Assembly (NCBI GenBank): GCA_012295275.1
Contig: CM022672.1
Coordinates: 5,022,001-5,086,000, forward strand
Reading direction: 5' to 3'
Length of the DNA: 64,000 nucleotides
Source: Chrysomallon squamiferum
Lineage: Eukaryota > Animalia > Mollusca
The notes under the pieces are model-generated. The model searched no databases. It was not told where the DNA came from and saw nothing but the letters and a program-made list of their open reading frames with translations. Numbering within the stretch: position 1 is the first letter of the stretch; each line of letters opens with the position of its first letter. Of the stretch, positions 13,315 through 26,870 are shown piece by piece. The position numbers were made by a program, and so were the translations under genes.

Positions 13315-15168
13315 TTTTAAATATTATTTGGATAATATATTAATACGTTTTTCTTCTGCATATATTGTCTGTATGTTTATGTCTGTGTTTATGTATGTAT
13401 GTATGTATGTATGTATGTATGTATGTATGTATGTATGTATGTGTGTGTGTGTCTGTCTATGTATATATGTATATGAGTGTATATATGTATGTATCTATGT
13501 ACGTACATACGTATGTATGTATGTACGTACGCATGTATGTATGCATGTTTGTATGTATGTATGTATGTATGTATGTATGTACTTGCATATGTTTAAGCAT
13601 GTTTTTGTTTATGACTTGGTGCAGATAGTGAAGCGAATCGATCGATCAATAACAAGATATTCATTCCAGATAAGTAATTACATTCTCATATTGGAATGAA
13701 TGAACGGGTGATCGAAAAATGAATGAATGAATTAACCGAAGATATAAACAATAATGCCAGCAGCGAGATGACAGCTATAAAAACTACACAAGACAACATT
13801 TTTCTGAAAAGATGAAGATGATAAAGAAAAAACATCTTGTAAACATGTTTATCTGTTTTTGTTTGTTTGTTGTTGTGGGGGGTTTTGTTGGGGTTTTTTG
13901 TGTGTTTTTGTTGTTGTTGCTGTTGCTGTTGTTGTTGTTGTTGTTATTCTTCCTATGATTTCATTATCGTCTTCATCATCCTGTTCATATACAAGAAATT
14001 CATTACAGTAACAGTAATTAACTATGTGGGTTGTTTATATGAGGATTTTTTTTGGTGGTGGTGGTTTCGTATTTACTTATTTATTTAAATGGTAAAAGTG
14101 TATTTTTGTACTCTGTATCTCATTATCATATAATTACATCATAATGCATTCACGGTTTGATTGAGATGTCGTGCGGCACCAAACTACGACAAACTGTCGA
14201 GTCCCTTTTTCGTAAAATGTAAACAGTGCGTAAAGACGTCTAACAAGAAAAAAATGAAATCATTAGAAAAACCTTCAGACTGTGAGGCTTATTGCTGTTA
14301 AATGTTAAGAGTGAACAGACAAAAAAAAAAAAAAAAAAAAAAAATCAAGTGAGATCAAATCTCTGTGTTAAATAAAAGTTGTGCAAAAAAACGAGTAAAT
14401 CAGCGACTCCTTAAGACACGTGAAATCCTATCTTGCTACTTAAGTCAACAATCCGGCTTTTCCTGCACTCATTAGTTCTTCGACTTTTTATTTTAATATG
14501 ACGCTATCAGATAACTGATGACATATATCAATAAGCTTATTATAATACTCGGCAATTTACGCGTGCAGAACACCGAGCAGTTCGGTGAAATCGTAAACCC
14601 GTAGTAACGTCGTTACCGTACCACTGACGTACGTTGGTGTTGATGAATCAGACCACTGACCTCTTCGTGCAATCCTTGGTCCATCACTGACCCCTCCCCC
14701 CCAGTGTAATGTAAGAATAATAAATAAATATCATCAATTAAAAAAAAAAAAAGGGTTTTATGTTTAAAGGTAAATAAACACAGATAATTTTCAAAAAAAT
14801 TAAAAAACATAATATCTTAATTATTAATCACCAGTTTCTTATATTCGATATAGCAATCTCATAATCAGCCCTTTGTGACCCTTAATCATTTATCGACCGT
14901 TTGGCCAATCTTTTTTTTTTACATTTTTTACATCATATATAAACTGCAGTAACAATATGTACATGCAGACATACTCTGTTTTTATATCAAAGCTTAATAC
15001 GGTTAATTCACAATTAACTTGTATATTAATGGGTTAATTGTTCAGCCAAATTCTTCAGGTAAATTGGCACCGAATATAAATTATGGTAATAATTTAAAAT
15101 GAAATTGAAAATAATGTTTTCCATACACAGACACGCCTCTGATTTTGTTGAGAAACTGAATATTGCTT

Positions 15169-15440
15169 AAAAATCATTACTTTACGATTAACTTACTCGT
15201 TAATGGATTACTTTCTCAGTACACGTCAAGTTACGTAACAATATTTATCGGTTACATTACAAAATACACTTTAAGCTTTTTTTTGTTAATTTTGTATGTT
15301 CCAGTAAAAATCATTAATTTACGATTAACTTAAGCATTAATGGATTAATTCTTTAGTAGATATCAAATGACGTAATAACATGATATTAAATTTAGGAGAA
15401 TTTGTATCACATTCATTTATTGTACTGCAAAATACACTTC
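15169..15440. repeat. Degenerate tandem duplication (about 137-bp offset)
   Basis: aaaaatcattactttacgattaactta..ttaatggatta at 15169 recurs as aaaaatcattaatttacgattaactta..ttaatggatta at 15306. Both copies end in caaaatacactt. Confidence 0.8.
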
Positions 15441-15663
15441 AGTAAAAATTAAAATATACAGATATGTTATGATTTCTGATGACTAGACATTTGTTTAGGA
15501 TCTGTTATCTTTTTATTTATCTATCATTATCATTATCGTCATCATCTTCATCTATTACACCGTCATCACTGCAACTTCTACTGCTTCTCCTTCAGCTGTT
15601 ATTAATGTTACTGATGTTGGTACCATTACTGCAGTTGTTACAGTTGGTATGATGAAATCACAA

Positions 15664-16283
15664 CTACACCACCACCGCCACCACTACTGCTACTACAAGT
15701 ACTATTAATACTGCTACAACTGCTACTGTTACTACTACTATTACTATTAGTACTACTCCCATAAATATTGCTGCTGCTTCTATTACCACTACTACTACTA
15801 CTACTACAACTACTACTGTTATTATTACTATTACTACTACTTTTACAACTTCTGTTATTATTACCACTACTACTACTTCTACAACTACTACTGTTATTAT
15901 TACCACTACTACTACTACTACAACTACTACTGTTATTATTACTATTACTACTACTTCTACAACTACTACTGTTATTATTACTATTACTACTACTTCTACA
16001 ACTATTGATGTTGGTCTTTCTGTTACCACTACTACTGCTACTACTGTTGATGTGGTGATTCTGTAACTACTACTACTACTACCACAACTATTACTATTGT
16101 TGCTTATAATTATTACTATTACTGATGTACTATTATTACTATTACTAGTATTGCAGTCTTTCTTTCTCCTTGTCATCATCATCATCATTATCGTAATTAT
16201 TATTATTATGATTATGATGACGATAATGATAATGATGATGATGATTGTTTATTTATTTATTTATTTATTTACTTGTTTATATA

Positions 16284-16343
<60 letters not shown>

Positions 16344-16345
16344 GT
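15664..16345. repeat. Cryptic trinucleotide region (ACT/ATT/GAT) containing a ~39-bp higher-order repeat at about 15800-16005
   Basis: Unit close to CTACAACTACTACTGTTATTATTACTATTACTACTACTT, about 5 copies. Confidence 0.8.
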
Positions 16346-17198
16346 GCAAATATTTCTATTTATTCACTATATTTTTTTATAGAACCATTTGCAACGAAAC
16401 AGTACTCCTGTTTATTTTTTTTATTATTATTATTTTTTATTTTTATTTTTATTTTTCTCTTTCTCTCTCTTTTTACTTTCACAAAATGGATTCTCCTGTT
16501 TCTGGTTGCCAGCCACAAAACACCCACTCTGGATAATTACTAGAACCAGTCTAGTCTAATTTGTTTTGTGTATTGTCAGAGAACAATACTATGCCTTGCA
16601 GAGGAAAAACAATTTAGCGGAATTTAATCTATTCTTCATCAATCTCTTAATATTATATTTCTTGAACAAGTTGCACGAGCACTTTTATTGTAACGTTACT
16701 GCGACTTCTGAAGTACTAAATGTAGATTGTTAACGATAGGAAGGGATTTATAGGTATGTAAGTACGTACGTATTTATGTATGTATATATGTATATATGTT
16801 TGTATGTATGTGTGTATGTATGTAGGTAGGTAGGTAGGTAGGTAGGTAGGTAGCTAGGTAGATAGGTTCGTAGGTAGGTATATAAGTAGGTAGGTATATA
16901 TGTTAGTGTGAATGCAAATATCTGTGTATGTATGTATGTGTGTGTGTGTATGGGTGCGTGAGTGTGTGTGTATGTAAGTATGCAAATATTTATATATATG
17001 AGCTATTTATAGTAAAAGAACTGCTCTGTAAGCAAAGGACGTTTGATCTACCTTCCAGTCATGTTTCGGTCAGCACTGAAGTACAGACAGTGACACACTT
17101 ACATGATCCATATTGAATACTTAGCACACTGCTCTGATATAAACAATTTGTATTACTGTAACATACTAACAAAAACATTTGTATAGGGTTACATACTA

Positions 17199-17231
<33 letters not shown>

Positions 17232-17542
17232 CTGTGTGTGTCGTGAAAGAAAGAGCCTGTACAACAACTTCCGCTGTTACAAATTGTTACTATTATTATT
17301 GCTGCTGTTGTTGTTGTTGTTGTTTTGCAAACAGTTGATGTTAAGCTGAGTGTGTTGTGTATTACGACAGATGGAAAGAACAGCAGACTATTGATTTGTC
17401 TTTAAATCGTGATCAGTGCGTGATATTCTCAGTGTAACTTCCTCCAATCCACTTTCTGCTTAATCATCAAAATTTACTTATAGCATTTATTTTTTCTCGT
17501 TTAAACTAATGAATATGTGGGCGGAAATGTTCGTGTCTCCTT

Positions 17543-17544
<2 letters not shown>

Positions 17545-17616
<72 letters not shown>

Positions 17617-17778
17617 CCCAGTTCTCTTTTTTGTTCTGTATCTCTCGTTCTATTTGGTTTGTGTTATCTTCAGACGTATAGTAATGTATAGTGCCTGTAT
17701 ATTTACATCGTTGACATATGTATGTATGTATGTATGTGTATGTGTATGTATGTATGTATGTATGTGTGTGTGTATGTA

Positions 17779-17809
<31 letters not shown>

Positions 17810-18050
17810 GTGTGTTTTTGTATGTATATGTGTGTTTGTATGTATGGATATGTGTATATGTGTGTGTTGTATGTATGTGAATATATTCATATGTATGTGT
17901 GTATATATATACATACATACATACATACATACATACATACACTTATACATTCACACACACACAAACGCAGACATATATCTGTGTACCTACCACTTACACG
18001 AAGATACAAATTACATACCTTTACACACACAAACACACACACACACATGT
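17545..18050. repeat. (TG)n/(TATG)n tract switching to (CATA)n/(CA)n
   Basis: Direct reading. Confidence 0.9.
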
Positions 18051-18237
18051 ACAGACGTAACTGTTATGTACTTTAAAATACATATAAATTTGTCCTCGTG
18101 TACTCATAGTCGTGTGTAGAACGGTCACGCGTTTTTAATTTGAAATTAGTAATTACTGGCTCCGTTTATCTAATAAGATTTGTCAAAAAGAAAAAGCCAG
18201 GAAACAGGAAAATGTTAGAATAATTCATAACTATTAT

Positions 18238-18274
<37 letters not shown>

Positions 18275-18989
18275 TAATAATAAAGATTTTTAAACTCTGT
18301 AGTTACGTTCATTTTATTCTTAACTTCAAAGAGGAAGGAGAATTTTGAAAATTGTTTGTTTCCGGTAACTCGATCAAGGTCAAGGTTGAGAAATCTTGAG
18401 TCCTGCTTTACGCCAAACAGTTTTCTTTCTTTCTTTCTTTATTTATTTTTTTCAAGTTTATTTTTTTGTAAAATTATGCGTTATATATAATATCATATGT
18501 ATACTTACATAAAAGGAAATTAAACAGCTAGGAAATAACATTTGTTTAATAATAACATTTAATATAATGTATCAAGGAGAACAATTTAGACAGAAATACT
18601 TGTCAAAATTTCACAAGGATTAAAAAAGACTGAGAAAAAATTAATAATATTGCTTATTATTAAAATTGCTTATCTAAATATAACATAAATAATTATGTAT
18701 TTATTAGAAGTACGTATATGAGATATAAAATTAATTTCTTAATAATATTCATTTAACAACACATTAATGGAAAAATACACCTGGAAACCGTTTTTAAAGG
18801 TAAAACTTGTTTTATTTAATATATATTTCTTAGTTTTAGTAATATGTCCTATACACACACACACACACACACAGACACGCACACACGCATTCACTTCTGT
18901 AATAACAGATATAATAAAACGAAGTTAATATCGTGCTGGAAAGTATTTAATATCACACCTAGAGTTCATAAATAATAAAGGTACACTAT

Positions 18990-19029
<40 letters not shown>

Positions 19030-19960
19030 TATCAAAAGCTATTAGGTTACATGTGTTGCTCAAAAATAAAACTGGTACAAAAAAAAAAAAGGCATGAGGC
19101 AATTTGCGATGAAAGTTTAATGAACTATTACGTCTAAAATGATACTGTGGGAACGATATCATGAATAATATTGGTACAAAATATCTACGTCATTTTAGTC
19201 CTATGTCTTTTATAAGCAGTTAGGTTCTGTGTAACAAACGGTAGTGATATTAAAAGTGTGTTTTATACCCATTGCACTTCGTTTAATAAAAGAGGTCATA
19301 CAAAATATTTGTACAGAGTCCTTCAGTCATTTTTGGTCTTTTTCATATTTAAACCACAGTGATATACATATATATAATATCATTAGGCCAACACCATGTA
19401 AACCACAGTTCATACAAACCACGGATCATAAACAACAGTGCTACAATGTACTTAAGCGAGTTTCTGAAACTGCGCAATTGGTGGAAACCAGTCAATTTAC
19501 TTCGTACGCTTAAATGAATTTCAAATTTAAAAAAAAAAATCTTTTTTTTTTTTCTCTCGATTCAGTCGCTGTGAGGTTTCTTGTTGGTTTTGCTTTTCAA
19601 ACGTAGTTTCTAGTACGGCCTCTTCTGGTGTCGCGGTTATGTCAACCAAGGCCAAAGACTAAGATGACGTCGTTTTTTTTTTCCCCTTGACTACAGAAAC
19701 AGGCGAATCTAGGCGTGAAAAACTGGTGCTGTACTAATAAATCATGTTACTGCGACTATTCTTTCTCGTATCACACTGATACACTGACCTGGCAATACTA
19801 ATTTAACACTCGTGGAAGGAAAAATTGAATTTATAAAATTAACTGGAAACTTTTTTTCCATTGTGTTTTTTTTTTTTTTTTTTTTTTTTCCTTTCGGATG
19901 AACATAAATTTAAAATCATCAATAAAGAAAGAATCTGTACAACTACTACAGCTGTTACAG

Positions 19961-20001
<41 letters not shown>

Positions 20002-20225
20002 TACTACTATTATTATTATTGTCATTATTATTATTTGTTCTTGTTATTATTACTACAATAATTTATTTTAATTATTATTATTATTGTTGTTGTTGTTATT
20101 TATTATAATTACTATTATTGTTGTTGTTGTTGTTGATGTTAGTGCTTCAGATGTTCTCATAATCTTTTGTTGTTAAAAGTTATTTCTGTTCATTTTTGTT
20201 TTCGTTTATTTTAAAAAAAAAAAAA

Positions 20226-20260
<35 letters not shown>

Positions 20261-20774
20261 ACGTAATCAAAATACTTTAAAATTCTGTAAGTATTTTCCT
20301 TATTTCACTTTATTTTTTATATTTTTATTTACAAAAATTTTCCTTTATTTTTCTCTTATAGTTCCGCACTGACAGAATGACTAAACCAGTTTTAAAATGT
20401 TTAAAATTTAACACAACGTAATGAATAGCCTCTGAGTCTCCTTTCTTATTACACACAGAGATGCCGAGAATCACAAAAAGAATAAATCTTCGTTTTTCTT
20501 CTTCTTCTTCTTCTTCTCTTTCATTTAATTTCTCGGTTTCATTTAATTATTTTATTTCCTTTTTTTTTTTTTACGATCTTTTCTTTTTCTGAAGCGTGTA
20601 TGATAAAATGCATTCTAATTTGAGAATCGTATGAAATGTAAAATAGCTTGTTGATTTTTAATTTATGGTTCAAACGTTTTCTAATGCCGGTTAAATAAAT
20701 AAATAAATATACAAACCATTTTTCATACATAATCTGTCTACAAACAAATATAAATATACAAAATATACAGTTGT

Positions 20775-20934
20775 GTACATACATACATACATACATATAT
20801 ATGTGTGTGTGTTTATGTGTGTATACATACATGTGTGTATATATGTATATATATATATATATGTATCTGTGTACGTATATATATATATACGAATCGTGTG
20901 TGTCTGAATACATATATATATACATATATATACA

Positions 20935-20983
<49 letters not shown>

Positions 20984-21062
20984 ATTCAGACAAAAACACG
21001 ATTCATATAGACATGCATACATACATAAACACATACACATACATAGATACAATCGTTCATAC

Positions 21063-21133
<71 letters not shown>

Positions 21134-21210
21134 GATACGATTCATATAGACATACATACATACATACACACACATATACGCGCGCAAATACATAAATACA
21201 TAAGACATAG
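20775..21210. repeat. (TA)n/(CATA)n compound tract with an internal duplicated motif ACGATTCATATAGACAT
   Basis: Motif at about 20998 and 21137; inverted variant ATACGAATCGTGTG at about 20887. Confidence 0.85.
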
Positions 21211-21599
21211 ACAAACAATAAGAAAAACAACCAGAACGTTTGAAGACAAAGATAATTATACAAGATGGCTGAGAAAAGTGAGTGGAGTGAAAATGTAACT
21301 GAAGAAACGTGTAATGTACATCGTAAAGAAACCAGGCGATTGATTCAGTTTAATCAATTTGCAACTTCCTGGTTGTATTTGCTTACGTGTCTGATTATTT
21401 GCAATCTATTTATCAACCAGGAAATGATTTATTACTTTCCCCGAGAATACTGTTTCATTTGTTTGTTGTTGTTGTTTTTTATTATGATAATGATTACTCC
21501 TTTTTTATATATATGTTTTGTTTGCATTTTGATATCACATTTTTTTTTCCATTTTTTTATTATTATTTTTTTTATTTTTTTTATTTTTTTTACAGTTTA

Positions 21600-21737
21600 A
21601 TACATACATACAGACATACATACATACATACATACATACATACATACATACATACATACATAAATACATACATACATACATCATACATACATACATACAT
21701 ACATACATACATACATACATACATACATACATACATA
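21600..21737. repeat. (ACAT)n tract directly 5' of SINE copy A
   Basis: Direct reading. Confidence 0.95.
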
Positions 21738-21963
21738 AGGTTGTCTCGGTGGCCGAATGGTAACATCGTCCGCTTTAGGAGTGCGGGTGAATGGGTGTTA
21801 TACGTTCAAATCTCTTAAGCAGCATCTGACGGGTTTGTGAGGTCGTGATTGGACTTTGTCCTCCTGCGCCAGTGCATTCCGGAATATTGTCTAAGTGCAG
21901 AGTCTATTCAGACGTACATAAGACAGACAATATTCAACATCCAAAACTATATACATATATACA
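21738..21963 (+). mobile_element. tRNA-derived SINE, apparently full-length copy (copy A)
   Basis: Pol III A box TGGCCGAATGG 21750-21760 and B box GTTCAAATC 21804-21812. Body (atctgacgggtttgtgaggtcgtgattggac...tgcagagtctattcagacgtacataagacaga...tattc) is shared with three other loci in the window. Ends in an ATAC/ATAT tail. Confidence 0.85.
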
Positions 21964-21965
21964 GA

Positions 21966-21995
21966 AAGTTGTTTTGATGGCCGAACGGTATAAGG
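21966..21995 (+). mobile_element. SINE copy B, 5' fragment (A box), interrupted by a TIR element
   Basis: aagttgttttgaTGGCCGAACGGta aligns with the head of copy A (aaggttgtctcggTGGCCGAATGGta). Confidence 0.7.
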
Positions 21996-23795
21996 GGCTT
22001 AGTCCCATATGGTAGAATCCCATTTCGTAGAAAGGCTAAATGTGGTTCAGTAGTCTTATTGACATGTTTGGTTTTACCTCAGTCATTTTAATGAACTGCT
22101 CCAGATTATTTGGAAAGCGATTATTATTGTACAAATACAGTAACATCTCGCTTAACGATACCACGCTTTAACAATCTTTCTTCTTTACAAATTATATAAA
22201 TAGAAATTTAATTTAATAGTTAATTGCTCAAAATAAATGATACAAATGTATACAGTGCATGTTTTTAAGTCCTTTTTCTTTAATTTTTCGTTCATTCACG
22301 AGCTTCTCTCAGCTGTTTTGATCAGTTGACACGTCATACGTGCATCTGATATTCTGATTCTCTTTTGTCTTCTGCTTCGATTTAGACTTAAACTTGTTTG
22401 GAATTTACCCCTCCAATATGTCAAAACGAATAACAGTATACCGGCAAATGCTGATGATAAAAGAAACGGAAGACAATAACTTTAGAAACAAAATACATTA
22501 TCTTAAATGAAACCAAACCCACAATGAGCGGCATATACTTATTTCTTAATGTATTTGTATAAATTGATTTGTAAATGATTTACTGTTTATTTAATATCTA
22601 CAATCTATTAAATCATTTATGTCTAAACTGCCGTTTTATTTCTCCTTATTTCAACTTTTTTTTTTACGTCAGATCTCATCAGCAAGAAAGTAACCACTGC
22701 TTTTAACCTTAATTCTATGTAAATTAGTCTCCCGCTTACCTCACTTAATTATTGGAAGTTTTGGAACCAATTACATCTTTAATCTGAGGTATTATTGTAG
22801 TATGGATATTGCTTATCGCATAAAGTATGCAAATATGACAAATATCGAAATAATCTATGTATTGAATATAGTGAATGTAAATAATTAAAAAAGAAGGTAT
22901 TTATCTAAAAGTATTCCCAATGATTTGGTCCTTCGTATAAACTTTTTCAGTCATAGCCAAACTATTTGCAGGTCATAATATCTTTAGTGTACATACTATG
23001 TCACATATATTGTATAATATGTGCACAATCTGAATATGTATGTGTGCATAACGTAAATATGATCAGTAACAGATATCTTGTACATGTTTAAGCTGAATAT
23101 GGTTGAATTTGAAAAGTTAATGATAAATGTAACGATCAAATATTCTATTTACTGAATATAAGTAAATTACTCATATGTAAAATATGTTTTGTTAAAAATT
23201 ATATTTGCTGAATTAGTTATTTATAATATTTTTGTCGTATTCTCTTACAGAAGCAAGCCATTTTTCTTTTCTTTCATTCTTTTTTCGTTTTGTTTTTTAA
23301 TAGATAGATGAAATTGATGTAAAATTGTTTATTATTGGTTGCTTGTTTTGTAACGGAAATGAAATGTTTATGAATTAGAAATGACCAGTTTAAAAAAAAA
23401 AAAAAAATAAACATAATAATAGTAACAGTAATTATAATAAGAAGAATAACAAGAATAACAATAATAATAATAATAATAACAACAATAATAATAGTAATAA
23501 TATTATAATAATAATAATAATGTTGATGATGATAATGAGAATGAGGAAGATGATGAAATAATGAAAAAGTAACAAATCAAGAACAAATGAGTTGTGAATG
23601 CTTATTCTGCTTTCGGTTGATGTTACATAATCGATTTAGGAACAATGCGCTCCCCCTCTGAATGTTAGAAAGAAACCAGATGTATGCACAGGCCAAGTTC
23701 ATTATATACAGAGGTAATCAGGTATTGCGGTAAACCAGCTTTTTCTACGAAATGGGAATTATACGAACTGGGAATCTACCAAATGGGAAGACACC
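21996..23795. mobile_element. Non-autonomous terminal-inverted-repeat DNA transposon (1800 bp) with apparent 8-bp TSD
   Basis: GTATAAGG at both 21988-21995 and 23796-23803. Left end GGcttagTCCCATATGGTAGAATCCCATTTCGTAGAAAGGCT matches the reverse complement of the right end GGtgtctTCCCATTTGGTAGATTCCCAGTTCGTATAATTCCCATTTCGTAGAAAAAGCT. Ends contain ~15-bp subrepeats. No ORF of 60 aa or more inside. Confidence 0.7.
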
Positions 23796-23950
23796 GTATA
23801 AGGTCCACACGTTCGAGTCTTGTCAGCGGGATCTGACGGGTTTGTGAGGTCGTGATTGGACAGAATCTAATCAGACAGAGAATATTGAAATCCTAAAATA
23901 CATACGTATATACATACTTAAATAAATACATACATAGACACATGAATACA
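23796..23950 (+). mobile_element. SINE copy B, 3' part (B box, internally deleted body, ACAT-like tail)
   Basis: GTTCGAGTC B box 23811-23819. atctgacgggtttgtgaggtcgtgattggac is identical to copy A, followed by agaatctaatcagacagagaatattgaaatcctaaaatacatac. Confidence 0.8.
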
Positions 23951-25556
23951 TACAAACATGCACATTACTACTATTATTGTTGTTGCTGCTGTTGTTGTTG
24001 TTGTTGTTGTTGGTATTCTGCTAATACATTTTTCGCTGCTACAAATAATTCTGTTTGGTTAATTATCTCTGTAACCGTCGCCTGTGGGTTTGGTTAGGAA
24101 ATCGTCCGGTGTCTGTGTTGACACACCGAGTAACAGACAAGCCCCCCGGGCAACCAGCCTCCGTCTCCGCATGTAATTTTTCCTTTTTGCGACGTCCACG
24201 TCGAAGATATCAATTTTTCTTTCACTTCTGCAGACAAGATGAATAAATTTATTACAACTATGAGAATTACCTAGCTCCGGCCTCGAGGGATTTGCATTTT
24301 CTCCGAGTAAATCGAGACTAATTTGCTTGATTCGTCGTCAAATACATTTCTGATATCAAAACATTATTGTGTCTGTGGCCATTGTGTTGTGTATATTTGT
24401 GTGTATATATATATATATTCTTTATTTTGATATTATATATATACACAGACATATATTTTTTGCATTTTTTTTTTTTTTTTTTTTTTTTTTTGATTTGTAG
24501 AGGAACATTTATAAAAATAAAATAAGTTTATCCTGGTAAACAAGAAGACAAATGAAGTAATATACTTGTGGCACGATTATTTACATCCCAAACAATAAGC
24601 CAAATTTATAATAAAAATGCTTTTACTGTAGGGAAAATATTTATGCATAGCTTTATGCCTCCCAGTTAAGCGATATCACCAAAAAAAAAGCCACACAATT
24701 TTTTATTGATTATTTGCTGTTGTAGTAGTCGGTGCATTTAGTTACGACAATTGTTCTTTTTGTCATTGTTAATGTTCTGCGATTTGCGTAGAAAGATAAT
24801 CAGTAATTTATTTTATTTTATTTTATTTTTTTATATTCTAGATAACCTCTTAAGTATATATTCCTAATGATTTTTGTCAGAAAGAAACAGTTCTAATGTT
24901 TTTAACATTCTGTTTTATTGATGTTGTTAACAATGGTTGATGATAATGACAGAGTGATGATGATGATGATGATGATGACATTGAAGACGCAAAGGCCATG
25001 ATGATGATAATAATGATGACAATGAAGACGCAAAGGCGATGTCAATAATGTATATATATCAATAATTTCAGAACCTAAAACACTTTATCGATCGATTGTC
25101 GCACATTTTAATTATTCATCTCCTCATTATTTGTATCTACACTACTAAACTTCACTGACCCTGTTCCTAAATATCCTGTTAATAAACTAATTCAACAGAG
25201 TCCTAGTTCTTGACCGTCCCGTCTCCAGATTGCGTGATCCTAGGCTTCTACATGAAACGGGCATTACCACGTACAGATATCGAACTGAACCGACGTGAAC
25301 CGGAGTAAACTGTCAGGCGAATAAATACACAAGTTATGACATGTTGTACACAGCTGGAAACCATGTTGAGACACGCCAATAACTTCACCACTGAATCCAA
25401 GACGTAATCATCACAACACATCCTCAAAGCCAATATATAATTTTTTTTTTTTTTTTTTTCCTTGAGAAATTAAACTTTCTGTCCAGTGTATGAACTAGTT
25501 TTTGTTGCTGAGGGTGAATTGATAAAAAATATATTTAAAAAAAAAAACTATATATA

Positions 25557-25602
<46 letters not shown>

Positions 25603-25944
25603 GTTGATGGGTTTTTTGGGGGTTTTTTTTTTTTGGTTTTGTTTTGTTTTTTTTTTTTTTTGTTGTTGTTTTTTGGGGGAGGATTTTTTTTTTTTTTTTA
25701 TAGAAAAGTATCAATATCTCTAGAGAAATTAAAGTTTTTTTTCCCAATACATGGACTAGTTTTGTAGCGGAGGGTAACAAATGCGGGCAGCGGGGTAATT
25801 CTATGACGATTCATCTCGCTGTTTGACAGCTGTGAGAGTTACGAGGTTTTATGTTATTAAAGTAAAGATTACTTGCGAAAGTCGTATCACAGCATCGGAT
25901 AAACGGATACAAGAAATGTTATTAAAACTATAAATCCCTAATAT

Positions 25945-26077
25945 TTTTATTTTATTTATTTATTTATTTATTTTAGTTTATTTATTTATTTATTTATTTA
26001 TTTTAGTTTATTTATTTATTTTAGTTTATTTATTTATTTTATTTTATTTATTTATTTATTTATTTATTTATTTTATT

Positions 26078-26124
<47 letters not shown>

Positions 26125-26140
26125 TTTGTTTGTTTGTTTG
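25945..26140. repeat. (ATTT)n microsatellite
   Basis: Direct reading. Confidence 0.95.
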
Positions 26141-26660
26141 TTTGTTATGTATTTATTTACCAGTCTACTTAATCATGTTTATATATTTATTTGTTTGCTT
26201 ATATCTTTATTTTTGTCTTACTTGCGATAACTACTTTAGTTGTTCAAACGATGCTCAGAATGTCAGTCCTTATTTCTATCTCATTTTCTCTCTCTCTCTG
26301 TCTGTTTTTTTCTGTCTATTCTCCTTTATTTTTCGCTCTATTTCTGGTCTGTATCACATTATATATTTATATATTTATATTTAAACCACTGATACGGTTA
26401 TCAGGGTTTAAAAATTAATGTCAGAAACTTGTTCAAACTGATCAGTGCACAAATCTAGAAACGACAGAAACACGGATCCAGTCTGCAGTAGCGTGCTGAG
26501 TAACGTCGTGACTGACGTCTCAGTGGATGTCAATAAGTAAAATCAATCGGATCAATAGGGTTCACTTTAGGGGCAAATCTTTTATCTATTTTTAAAGTGT
26601 GAAACAGCACTGGAGACGATATCACTCTGTTCTGATCATTCTACGTGATAATAAACTAGA

Positions 26661-26839
26661 GTGTCTGTCTGTCTGTCTGTCTGTATGTATGTATGTGTGT
26701 GTATGTATGTATGTATGTATGTGTATGTATGTGTATGTGTGTGTATGTATGTATGTATGTATGTATGTATGTATGTATGTATGTATGTATGTATGTATGT
26801 ATGTGTATGTATGTATGTATGTATCTATGTGTGTATGTA

Positions 26840-26870
<31 letters not shown>

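Noticed and set aside
15664-16543. Poly-Val/Leu/Ile/Tyr ORFs resembling membrane proteins (also at 4.4, 29.6, 34.7, 54.8 and 57.8 kb)
   Set aside because: Trinucleotide-repeat translations with no domain motifs or splice support.
21743-21820. Possible functional tRNA gene
   Set aside because: Has A and B boxes but no closing acceptor stem, proper T-stem or poly-T terminator, and continues into a repeated body; better explained as a SINE head.
24955-25042. Two-copy ~42-bp duplication (gatgacattgaagacgcaaaggc), and a similar one at about 45170-45235
   Set aside because: Ordinary slippage duplications within simple-repeat context.
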